Assembly: GCA_903825315.1 (NCBI GenBank)
Contig: CAIKAD010000001.1
Location: 265,483 to 329,482 of the forward strand
Source of the DNA: an uncultured Candidatus Peregrinibacteria bacterium
GTDB lineage: Bacteria; Patescibacteriota; Gracilibacteria; Peribacterales; Peribacteraceae
Reading direction: 5' to 3'
DNA length: 64,000 bases
The notes beneath the pieces were generated by a model, which saw only the letters and a list, made by a program, of their open reading frames with translations, searched no databases and was not told the origin of the DNA. Positions 37,839 through 46,812 of the stretch are shown one piece after another. The position numbers and the translations under genes were made by a program. Position 1 is the first letter of the stretch. Each line of letters begins with the position of its first letter.

Positions 37839-39395
37839 TTATTTCGCCATCTCCTCAATCCGCCTCTCGCGGATCACATTCACCTTGATGACACCGGGGT
37901 AGGTTAATTCCCCCTCAATCTTCTTCGCGATGTCCCTCGCGAGCTGTTCCTGCTCCAGGTCGTTGATCTTCTTGGTGTCCACGTACACGCGGACCTCGCG
38001 ACCGGCGGAAACGGCGAAGGCGCGCGATACACCGGTGAAGGTCTTGGCGGTGTCTTCCAGCGCGCGCAGGCGCTTGAAGTACTCCTCAATGCTCTCGCGC
38101 CGCGCACCGGGCCGGGCGCCGGAAATGGCGTCCGCTGCGGCCACCACAAAGGCCTCGGGCGATTCGATGGGCGAGTCCTCGTGGTGCGATGCAACACAGT
38201 GGATCACCTCGGGCCGCACCTTAAAGCGCTTGCAGATCTCCACGCCGATTTCCACGTGGGTGCCGGTCACTTCGTGGTCCAGTGCCTTGCCGATGTCGTG
38301 CAGGAGGCAGCCCTCCGTAACCACCATGGCGTCTGCGCCGATCTCCTCCGCGAGCATGCGGCCGATCTGCGCCATCTCCACGCTGTGCTTGAGCACGTTC
38401 TGTCCGTAACTGGTGCGGAAGCGCAGGCGCCCGATGATCTTGAGGAGGTCCTGCGGGTAGCCCGTGATGCCCAGTTCCTCCGTGGCGCGCTTGCCGAACT
38501 CCAGCATCATCTTGCCGACCTGTTCCTTCATCTTACCCACCACTTCCTCTATGCGTGCCGGCTGGATGCGGCCGTCCTGGAGCAGCTTCTCCATCGCCAG
38601 CTTGGCGACGTAGCGGCGCACGAGGTCGAAGCCCGACAGAATGATGGCGCCCGGCGTATCGTCGATGATCACATCCACGCCCGTCGCCGCTTCGAATGCG
38701 GTGATGTTGCGTCCTTCCTTGCCGATGATCTTCCCTTTTACGTCGTCGCTCGGGAGTGGCACAACCGTGGCAGTGGATTCGCTCGCCACTTCGGAGGCAA
38801 AGCGCTGCATGGCTTCGGCGAGCAAATTCTTGGCTTTGTCCTCGTACTCGTTCTCCATCTCCTGCTTCTTGAGCTTGATCTGCTTGGCAAAGAAACCGGA
38901 GAACTCCTCCTCCATTTCCGTGAGGAGCTGTTGCTTGGCCTGGTCCTCCGAGAGTTTCGCAACGTTCTGGAGCGCCTCACGGTGCTTCTGCGCGGACGAG
39001 GCGAGTTCCTCCTTCAGCTTTCCGGCGTCCTCAAGATCCTGCTTGAGGCGGCCTTGCTGTCTTTCAATTTCCTTCGCGCGCTCGTCAATACCTTTCTCTT
39101 TCTCTTCAAGTCTGCCTTGCTCCTTCTCAAACTTCGCTTCCAATTCAGAAGCCTGGAGCTTGGCCTCGCTGAGGATTTCCTTGGCAGCTACTTTGGCCTC
39201 GGCTTCCGCGGTTCGGATTTGACCTTTTACTTCCGCAAGGCGGGTTTCCAATTTGTCGATGGAGCGTTCCTTTTCAGAAATCTCGGCCTGGAGTCGAGCG
39301 GAAATTTTCTTTCCTTTGCTGAACCAGAACCAACCCGCGAGTAAGCCGACCAATCCTCCGGCGAGGACGGCGAGAAAAATGATGATGTTGTCCAT
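37839..39395 (-). CDS. rny: Ribonuclease Y
   Basis: N-terminal TM, coiled coil, KH KGKIIGKEGRNI, HD LLHDIGKA, RPGARRES. Confidence 0.97.
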   Translation of the reverse strand: MDNIIIFLAVLAGGLVGLLAGWFWFSKGKKISARLQAEISEKERSIDKLETRLAEVKGQIRTAEAEAKVAAKEILSEAKLQASELEAKFEKEQGRLEEKEKGIDERAKEIERQQGRLKQDLEDAGKLKEELASSAQKHREALQNVAKLSEDQAKQQLLTEMEEEFSGFFAKQIKLKKQEMENEYEDKAKNLLAEAMQRFASEVASESTATVVPLPSDDVKGKIIGKEGRNITAFEAATGVDVIIDDTPGAIILSGFDLVRRYVAKLAMEKLLQDGRIQPARIEEVVGKMKEQVGKMMLEFGKRATEELGITGYPQDLLKIIGRLRFRTSYGQNVLKHSVEMAQIGRMLAEEIGADAMVVTEGCLLHDIGKALDHEVTGTHVEIGVEICKRFKVRPEVIHCVASHHEDSPIESPEAFVVAAADAISGARPGARRESIEEYFKRLRALEDTAKTFTGVSRAFAVSAGREVRVYVDTKKINDLEQEQLARDIAKKIEGELTYPGVIKVNVIRERRIEEMAK

Positions 39396-39734
39396 AAAAC
39401 ATGGGGGGCAATAAAGAAGTGCCTCCCACTCGAAGTTATCCTCGGAGCAGCCGTAGACGGAGTGTTGCTGTCATGCGGGAAGTGCGAAGAGGGAAATCAA
39501 GTGGGGTGAAGCAGATGGGATGGAAGTAGTGTACAAGTTCTTTTGGATTGAATCGAGTGGATTTTTAAAGATTGGCTTACACAAGGGCTGCGTGCGAATA
39601 CAAGATTGTTGCAATATTGGCAGTTCTGCAGCGTGATAGAACTTAATTTGACGCATGGATAAGCCAAAAAATCATGGAAACCCAATTGATCACGTTTTGG
39701 GAGCCTACATAAGCCAAGTAAGAGGTGATGAAGT

Positions 39735-42700
39735 GTGGGTATGCAAAAGATCTCATCCTCACCAGGGTTCAGACGGGTAGACATTGCGATGCCTGGCCGC
39801 TCCGTCCATCTCTCATCTCCCCCCATCACCCAGCCTCTTCCCCCCGAGGGGGAAGAGGGGGGCTGCAAGCTGCGGTCGGAACAGGTCTGTACGTACAGGG
39901 TTTCTCAACATTGTCAGACTTGCTCGAAGCCAGACAGCACACAACAGCAAACAACGACAGAACAGTACACATTCCCTTCCCCCGCGGGGGGAAGGGGTAG
40001 GGATAGGGGTAACAACACACACGAACAGGCGCGGAGAGGGAACGAAAAACGGGTGGTCCGCACAATGCTCGTGTATGCACGCTCCATGCGCCAGAACCCG
40101 ACGGAAGCAGAGAGAAAACTATGGGAATATCTACGTTTCGATCAATTGGGCGTTCGTTTTCGAAGGCAGCACCCCATAGGAAACTACATTTTGGATTTTT
40201 ATTGTCATGAAGCCAAACTTGCAATTGAAGTCGACGGTTCTCATCATCTTCAAAAAACAAAAAAAGAGCAGGATTCGTTCCGATCGGAAGTGTTACTCGA
40301 AGGCAGTGGCATAACAGTACTGCGGTTTACAAATGATGAAGTGCTGCTGGAAATGAATAAAGTTCTTAAAACTATTCGTCGATATTGTGATGTTTATTGT
40401 TCTATTTCGGCCTCACCAACGAGCCATCCCCCGAGGGGGGAGTGGCCAGGGGAGAGGGAAAGAACAGCCCACAATAACAAATGGCAAGTGTTGCTTTGCA
40501 TAGGATTCCTCAGTTTCCTTTTACCTGTCACTGCTCTCGCCCGTGCCCTCATCTCCGAGGTGATGTGGATGGGGAGCGATCTCTCCACAGCCGATGAATG
40601 GGTCGAAATTACGAATGTGGGCGATGGTCCCCTTTCGTTAAGCGGGTGGACGCTCACGTCGCTCAATGCATCCGGCGTGGAAGAGGTGCAGTACCGGTTT
40701 GGGGAAGGGGATATTCTTGCGCAGGGCGAATACGCGCTTGTGAGTAACGATCCGGCGGCTACATCGCGTCTGGCTGTTGAGCCGCGGTTTGTGAGCACGG
40801 CAATTTCCCTTCCCAATACCAAACTTCTGCTTCGGCTGCGGGATGCCGGTGGCTTACTGATCGATGAAGTCGATGACGGAGTGGGTACGCCTTTTGCAGG
40901 AGCCAATCCATCAGGTGGCATCAAGGCAAGTATGGAAAGGGTGGAGCTTTCTGTTGCAGGGAACATACAGACGAATTGGGTAACGGCGCAGTGCGCGCGT
41001 GGTTTTGACGAGGGTTCGTCACTCTTGGGTACGCCGGGATATGCCAACGGATGCGCATTCGCGTCTTCATCAGCGTCATATTCATCGTCAGCGTCGTCAG
41101 AAAACAGCTCACAAGAAAATATACAGATATCATCAGAGCCCAGCAGTAAAACACAAAGCTCGAACAACAATAGTGAACAAGGAAGTAGTTTGAATTCTTC
41201 GGATGGAAGCGATGGTTCGTCGTCTTCGTCACAGGAAGAATCATTGTCAGGCAGAAGCCCCTCGGATTCTTCGGTTTCCTCGGCTGCTTCGGTTTCATCT
41301 TCAGTAGAAGCTTCACATACAAACGGGACCGGCGCCCTCATACGCATTACCGAGCTCCTTCCCGATGCCGAGGGGAGTGATGATGCGTCGTGGATCGAAA
41401 TCGGGAACCTGGGGAGCGGGAGTGTAAATATCACTGGCTGGACTCTGGAGTACGGTACGAAGAAGTTCGTTATTCCACAGCGGAATGGAACGGGGTTTGT
41501 TCTTCAACCGGCGGAGTATGTGGCCTTCCGTAAGACGCAAACGGCGCTCGCTATGCTCCATGCGTACGGGACGGTAACGCTTAAGACAGGGACGGGCGTT
41601 CTCGATACGTTTACCTATGGCGGATCGCAAGAGGGGATCAGCTTTGCGCGGAGCCCTGAGTATCCCTCGGATATCGTGCGTGCCTGTGTGCCTACAGAAG
41701 GCCAGCCCAATGTTGATAGTCCCTGGGATCCAATGATCAAGATCCAGTCCGGCAAGGTTCGCGAAGAGGTGCCGCTGTCGATCAATCTGGAGGCAGTGAT
41801 CCCGGAGCGGTTTGCAGGCACACCGCACTGCACCTTCGATTTCGATGACGGCTTCTGGGTGGAGAGCTGCAACCCCGCAACGCATACCTACGAGCGCGAT
41901 GGGCACTTTACGGTTCGTGCGGAGATGGTGAGTGCCTGTGGTAACACACGAACACAGACACTGACGATAGATGTGTTGCCCAAGCCATCTTCGTCCAGCG
42001 TGAGTGGGGGGACGACGTATGTTGCTGCAGCATCAACGGTCACCGTCACATCCAGTTCGGCACGGTCGTCCAGCAGCTCCGTAAGCAGTGCCGGTTCTTG
42101 CCTTCGGGCGATTAACAGCGGGGTCATCATCAGTGAGTTTCTTCCGGATCCTGAGGGGAAGGACACGGAGGGGGAGTGGATTGAACTGCAGAACACGACG
42201 CCGGCAGATATTCCGCTCTGCGGATGGTCGTTGGGTGTGGCTTCGGGCACCAGGAGGTACCCGCTGGATGATTTGAGTGTCCCGGCCTTCTCCTTCCTTC
42301 TTCTCACGAGGGAGGATGTGAGCCTATCTCTTCGTAATTCCGAGGATTCTCTTCGCCTCTTTGCGCCGGATGTGACATCACCCGCTTCTCTTCTTGTGGA
42401 TGAAGTGCACTACAGCAAGCCTAAAGTGGGAAAGTCCTTTGCAAGAACAGAAGATGGGACGTTTGCGTGGACGACGGAACTCACACCGGGAGGTCCAAAT
42501 GCTTTTGGTTCCCTCGTGGCAAAGGCATCAGATAAGAACACAAAAACAGAACAAGGAACGAAAGAAGCATCAGGGACAAAATCGAAATCGGCTTCGTCAA
42601 AGAAAACTCAGAAAACCTCGGTGAAAACGTCAACTACTTCGAAGCGAAGTACGAATAAAAAGAGTTCCAGCTCTCGGGCCATACGGCCGCTATCGGAAGA

Positions 42701-42872
42701 TGCGGTGCCGCTTTTGGCGGGATTGGAGGCGGAGGGGCAGGGGGGAGGGGTAGCCCTATCCTGGATAGAAGTAGTTTCGCTCGTTATGAACGGGATCTTC
42801 CTGATTATTCTGGGATGGTGGGGGATGAGGAGGAAAAGGGTCTATCCGGATGGGTCAGAGGGAAAGATGTAA
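39735..42872 (+). CDS. DUF559 (Vsr-like) endonuclease domain in frame with a secreted lamin-tail-domain/PKD protein with C-terminal TM
   Basis: ARSMRQNPTEAERKLW...FRRQHPIGNYILDFYC...IEVDG; then signal-like segment, three LTD units (ISEVMW, ITELLP, ISEFLP + EWIE), PKD-like FDDG; true start uncertain. Confidence 0.75.
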   Translation: MGMQKISSSPGFRRVDIAMPGRSVHLSSPPITQPLPPEGEEGGCKLRSEQVCTYRVSQHCQTCSKPDSTQQQTTTEQYTFPSPAGGRGRDRGNNTHEQARRGNEKRVVRTMLVYARSMRQNPTEAERKLWEYLRFDQLGVRFRRQHPIGNYILDFYCHEAKLAIEVDGSHHLQKTKKEQDSFRSEVLLEGSGITVLRFTNDEVLLEMNKVLKTIRRYCDVYCSISASPTSHPPRGEWPGERERTAHNNKWQVLLCIGFLSFLLPVTALARALISEVMWMGSDLSTADEWVEITNVGDGPLSLSGWTLTSLNASGVEEVQYRFGEGDILAQGEYALVSNDPAATSRLAVEPRFVSTAISLPNTKLLLRLRDAGGLLIDEVDDGVGTPFAGANPSGGIKASMERVELSVAGNIQTNWVTAQCARGFDEGSSLLGTPGYANGCAFASSSASYSSSASSENSSQENIQISSEPSSKTQSSNNNSEQGSSLNSSDGSDGSSSSSQEESLSGRSPSDSSVSSAASVSSSVEASHTNGTGALIRITELLPDAEGSDDASWIEIGNLGSGSVNITGWTLEYGTKKFVIPQRNGTGFVLQPAEYVAFRKTQTALAMLHAYGTVTLKTGTGVLDTFTYGGSQEGISFARSPEYPSDIVRACVPTEGQPNVDSPWDPMIKIQSGKVREEVPLSINLEAVIPERFAGTPHCTFDFDDGFWVESCNPATHTYERDGHFTVRAEMVSACGNTRTQTLTIDVLPKPSSSSVSGGTTYVAAASTVTVTSSSARSSSSSVSSAGSCLRAINSGVIISEFLPDPEGKDTEGEWIELQNTTPADIPLCGWSLGVASGTRRYPLDDLSVPAFSFLLLTREDVSLSLRNSEDSLRLFAPDVTSPASLLVDEVHYSKPKVGKSFARTEDGTFAWTTELTPGGPNAFGSLVAKASDKNTKTEQGTKEASGTKSKSASSKKTQKTSVKTSTTSKRSTNKKSSSSRAIRPLSEDAVPLLAGLEAEGQGGGVALSWIEVVSLVMNGIFLIILGWWGMRRKRVYPDGSEGKM
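39820..40009. repeat. Paired CCCCTCACCC-type palindromes upstream of the DUF559 domain
   Basis: cccatcacccagcctcttccccccgagggggaagagggg ... cccttcccccgcggggggaaggggtagggatagggg; degenerate third copy 40411-40459. Confidence 0.75.
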
Positions 42873-42980
42873 GCGGAGCACCGGTAGAGTGTCGTGGAGA
42901 GAGAAGTATTCCCAATTATAGTTATGCCCGTTCTAGGAATTGCAAATATATTTAATATATTGTACAATAGTTATGTTCCT

Positions 42981-43313
42981 ATGCCAGAGACTCCAGAAGC
43001 AAAACCATCGGATGGGAAGCTCAAACAGAAGTACCGGACATTTACGAGTGTTCATAGTGCGCGTGGTATGTGGGGTTATAGTGTTAATGCGCTTCTTCGT
43101 CCCATGGAAGAGAAGAAGGAGCAGGTGCAAGCTGACAAAGAAGCTACTTCTGCAGGAGGGATGGAGGGCGGAAAAGAGAAGCAGACACTTGGAAAGGGAA
43201 CGCCAAAGACAGAATTAGCAGAGAAAGCTGTAACAGAAGAGGCCAAGAAGAAGCCTTCCCAAACAGAAGCGGAAAAGAACAAAGTTGATCAGAAAGAACC
43301 AGAAAAAAAATAA
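42981..43313 (+). CDS. Hypothetical K/E-rich protein
   Basis: 110-aa ORF from MPETPEAK with TACAAT upstream. Confidence 0.55.
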   Translation: MPETPEAKPSDGKLKQKYRTFTSVHSARGMWGYSVNALLRPMEEKKEQVQADKEATSAGGMEGGKEKQTLGKGTPKTELAEKAVTEEAKKKPSQTEAEKNKVDQKEPEKK

Positions 43314-43408
43314 CAGGTTAGAACATTACTATAACCTGTAATAAATGCCTGTTAGAAGGGCTAAATAGGTATTACAAGGTGTGGAAAAATCTGATATAAT
43401 ACATAGAA

Positions 43409-46400
43409 ATGGCGAACACGCCAAACACACAATCAACGCCAGATCCCCTTAATCAACCTGTCACACTAGACCGGGAGGATCGACAGGCGCAACGGACAAG
43501 TGTGGAGCAGCAATGGGGTGCATTGCGACACCTTCTTGGTTTGCCTTCATTTGAGGAGCTTCAGAATGCTGAACCTATTCACCGGCAAGTAGCGACACGG
43601 ATTGCTGAAAGGATTGCAGTGGTGCGAAGGCAGGTGGCTGTTCGCCCTCAATTGGAGAATCTTCTGCTTACAGAAGTTAGGATGATCACAAGCAATGGCG
43701 GACTAGTACCTGGTGGTGCACCACCCGCATCTGAAGCAATTCAAGATGTGAATTATGCAGTGGCAGATGCGTGGCTAAAGATAATTTACCGAAATATTGG
43801 TGAGGCGGATGTAAGGGAGATGATAAATCAGTTACCGTTGGGAATACGACCTGTATTAAATGCAAACGAGTGGATAATCAAAGATGTAGATTTTGGTGTA
43901 TCCCCAAAGCGTAGAATAATAATTGATCTCCGTCATCCCATATGGGCGACAGGGAATCAAAATCAAATACGGCAGCGTTTGCAAGGAAGAACTCCGGATG
44001 AAGCGGGAATACGCTTAAGGCCACCGACACCTCCCATCCAAAATATTCCAGATACCGCAGTTAATGACATGTTCGCTGACAGCGATAACGCTAGACAGAA
44101 TGTTATCGATTCATTTTTACCATTACGAGAAGTTGAAGTGACCGTTCCCTTTGGGCATCGCACGATGTTAGATCTCCCTGCTCTTTTGCGTCTCAACCCA
44201 CAGATAGCAAGTATGAATCCTGCCGCATTCACTGCGTTTTTAAATGGAATGCCTATTGCACAATTGAATCAATTACTTCGTTGTGTAAACGTGACTACTG
44301 GGCAAAGAATTTTACCTTTTCCTGGATCTCTGAATAATTTGGTTCGTGCAGTATTCCGTGCCCTCAACCGCACACCAAATCCAGGCACAACACTTTGTCA
44401 GGTATCGATATCTCTAGGGGTAGCAATTACTCGTCGTGCTCGTATTGAACAACTTATTTCAGGTGCAGCTGACAATCGTGAACTTATGCTTGCATTGGCT
44501 GTTTCTCAGGGGGATCCATCGTCCACAGATGTCTTGAATGCGACAACCGAACAGTTAAATAATTTGAATACGCGAAGGAGAATCGTGGAAGGTCTTGCTG
44601 ACGTTCGAGCATTTCAAGCGGTACAACTTCCAACACAGGCGCCTCCAGGAGCGTCAATTGTGGAATTGCAGACCTTTAGGACAGGAGTAAATGCGCAGAT
44701 CAGTACGATAGAAACCGCAGAGTCAGCTTGGCGATTGATTGAAGAACAGCATCAACGCGATGTGCAAACTGATCAGAGTGAAATGAGCGTATACGAATCA
44801 GAATTACGAGCACATAATGATCAACTTGCTCGAAATCAGACGATTACACAGCAGGATGATGCAAGGCTAGCAGCGTATAATGCCGCAGTTATTGCTGCGA
44901 CAAGGGCGGGCGCTCCTCCTCCAGGGGCTCCTCCTACTGCTACGCCGCTTACGGTACCGCCTGCTGTTAGACCGAAACCCACACAACATCCTGCGCCATT
45001 ATTCACGCCTATTGTTGTTGGGGCACCAGTTGCTTGTACTATTCGGTCAGCAGACGAATTACGAACCAAACTTTCAGAATTTAGGAGCTTAGTGCGTGAA
45101 GTGGATCAGCACATTACATCGCTTCAGAGAAGGGGGGGTAGACTGGAGAGGATTTGTGAAGAGTTACAGAGACTTCAAATACAAAATATTCCAACACTAT
45201 TCCCTCTGTTAGTTCGATTTGTAAATCCCGGTCCGCCACCAACTTTTCTCCCCAACGCCATTCGTGCAAGTACGGATTGGGATGCAATAGCTAGAGAAAT
45301 TGAGAGATCGATTCCTGGTGGACTCAGCACACTTCAAGAGTATGACACGCAGATCCCCGCAGAGATTGCGCGTAGTAGGGTGCCAGAAGGATCCGATGCC
45401 TGCTGGGCAGTCATACGCAGAGGGTTGGCCAATCAAGGTATCCGTGGAACACAACAGGACAATACGATTGAGTATATGAAGGCGCGAGTAGAATTATCAC
45501 CTGAATCTACTCGAGATGTAGAGACGCTGAGTGAGGCCGCATTTCCGTACATGCCACCCGCAGGGGTACAGGGAGTAGAGGAGGAGAGGAATGTTATGCG
45601 CGATTGGAACCAAGGCAGTAATATCCGTAGAATTCCCGTGATTACGAGGTTTAATCCTTGGGAGCAATATCGCGACCGACTCTTCACGCGCGAGCGGCTG
45701 GGTGTGGCATGGGCCGATATGGATGCGATACAGAACCGTCGGGATCTGACGATTCCCCAGCTTATCGACATCTACTTCCGCACCAAATACCTTTTGGAGT
45801 TACCCGTGGACAAACCTCATCGCCTGCCTCAGACACGTGAAATCATTTCTTTTATGCGCCGCTTACACGGAACAATCCTTCAACGTGGTCGGGAAAATTT
45901 CGGCGTGGCAACCGGTATGAAACAGGAGGAATTGAAGCGACTCTATGAAATGATGCACGTCGATGAGAAGCAGGCGCCTCAGATGACATCGGCAGAGCGG
46001 CTTCAGGCGCTGCATACATTCCTCATGAGTGGGGGCGGGGCATATATGGAGAAGAACGGAGCCAGTATTGATCGCATGGCTACGGAGGCGTATCGACCAA
46101 TTAAGGAGGTTATTGAGAATCGTGAACGTCGTCGCAAGTTTGTGAGTAATGCTTTGTACGGGAATCCATATCTGAGTGGGTGGGGTGTAGTAAAAGGAGG
46201 CGGGAGAATTGTGAAGAAACTTGCCTACAATCTTCCCGTTGGGGGTATAAAAAAGGTAGGAAAGGAACTTTCGGAGAACCGCAAGCCCATCGCACTCGGC
46301 GCAATAGCAGGGGTATGGATGGGGCCGGCCGGGATGTTACTCGGTGCAGGCGCCGGTTATGCGTATGCCAAGATTTTCGGTAAAGAAGGCGGGGGAAACG

Positions 46401-46426
46401 GAGGAGGAAATAGCGGCCATCATTGA
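43409..46426 (+). CDS. Large hypothetical protein with C-terminal glycine-zipper-like segment
   Basis: 1005 aa, lower GC in the 5' two-thirds; GAIAGVWMGPAGMLLGAGAG near the end. Confidence 0.75.
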   Translation: MANTPNTQSTPDPLNQPVTLDREDRQAQRTSVEQQWGALRHLLGLPSFEELQNAEPIHRQVATRIAERIAVVRRQVAVRPQLENLLLTEVRMITSNGGLVPGGAPPASEAIQDVNYAVADAWLKIIYRNIGEADVREMINQLPLGIRPVLNANEWIIKDVDFGVSPKRRIIIDLRHPIWATGNQNQIRQRLQGRTPDEAGIRLRPPTPPIQNIPDTAVNDMFADSDNARQNVIDSFLPLREVEVTVPFGHRTMLDLPALLRLNPQIASMNPAAFTAFLNGMPIAQLNQLLRCVNVTTGQRILPFPGSLNNLVRAVFRALNRTPNPGTTLCQVSISLGVAITRRARIEQLISGAADNRELMLALAVSQGDPSSTDVLNATTEQLNNLNTRRRIVEGLADVRAFQAVQLPTQAPPGASIVELQTFRTGVNAQISTIETAESAWRLIEEQHQRDVQTDQSEMSVYESELRAHNDQLARNQTITQQDDARLAAYNAAVIAATRAGAPPPGAPPTATPLTVPPAVRPKPTQHPAPLFTPIVVGAPVACTIRSADELRTKLSEFRSLVREVDQHITSLQRRGGRLERICEELQRLQIQNIPTLFPLLVRFVNPGPPPTFLPNAIRASTDWDAIAREIERSIPGGLSTLQEYDTQIPAEIARSRVPEGSDACWAVIRRGLANQGIRGTQQDNTIEYMKARVELSPESTRDVETLSEAAFPYMPPAGVQGVEEERNVMRDWNQGSNIRRIPVITRFNPWEQYRDRLFTRERLGVAWADMDAIQNRRDLTIPQLIDIYFRTKYLLELPVDKPHRLPQTREIISFMRRLHGTILQRGRENFGVATGMKQEELKRLYEMMHVDEKQAPQMTSAERLQALHTFLMSGGGAYMEKNGASIDRMATEAYRPIKEVIENRERRRKFVSNALYGNPYLSGWGVVKGGGRIVKKLAYNLPVGGIKKVGKELSENRKPIALGAIAGVWMGPAGMLLGAGAGYAYAKIFGKEGGGNGGGNSGHH

Positions 46427-46437
46427 TATTTGAATCT

Positions 46438-46812
46438 ATGAACACACATCTCTATACACCCATTGGCCTTCCAGAAACGCTCTCGCGTATGGTTGCGGAG
46501 GCAACCATGGAGATGCCGGTCATGCAGCAACCGGACGGTGCGGAGTTCATCCGATCTGTGTACCTGGAAGTGACGGAGGCATTCTGGCGGAACTACCTTG
46601 TGATGTTGCCTCTCGAGGCGCGGCAGGCGTATCGCGATGCGTTCGACAAGGATGATCAGACGAAAGTGGAAGCATGGTTCCGCTCTTATGCAAACTTTGA
46701 ACAGGATGAGGAAGCAGAGGCGCGAGGCGCCAAGGTGTTGGAAGACATTGCGCTCAAACTTCCTGCCATCGTCAGAGAAGAGTTTGAGCAGCTTCTCTCA
46801 CAAAGATCATGA
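46438..46812 (+). CDS. Small acidic helical hypothetical protein
   Basis: 124 aa; stop overlaps the next start (ATGA). Confidence 0.7.
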   Translation: MNTHLYTPIGLPETLSRMVAEATMEMPVMQQPDGAEFIRSVYLEVTEAFWRNYLVMLPLEARQAYRDAFDKDDQTKVEAWFRSYANFEQDEEAEARGAKVLEDIALKLPAIVREEFEQLLSQRS

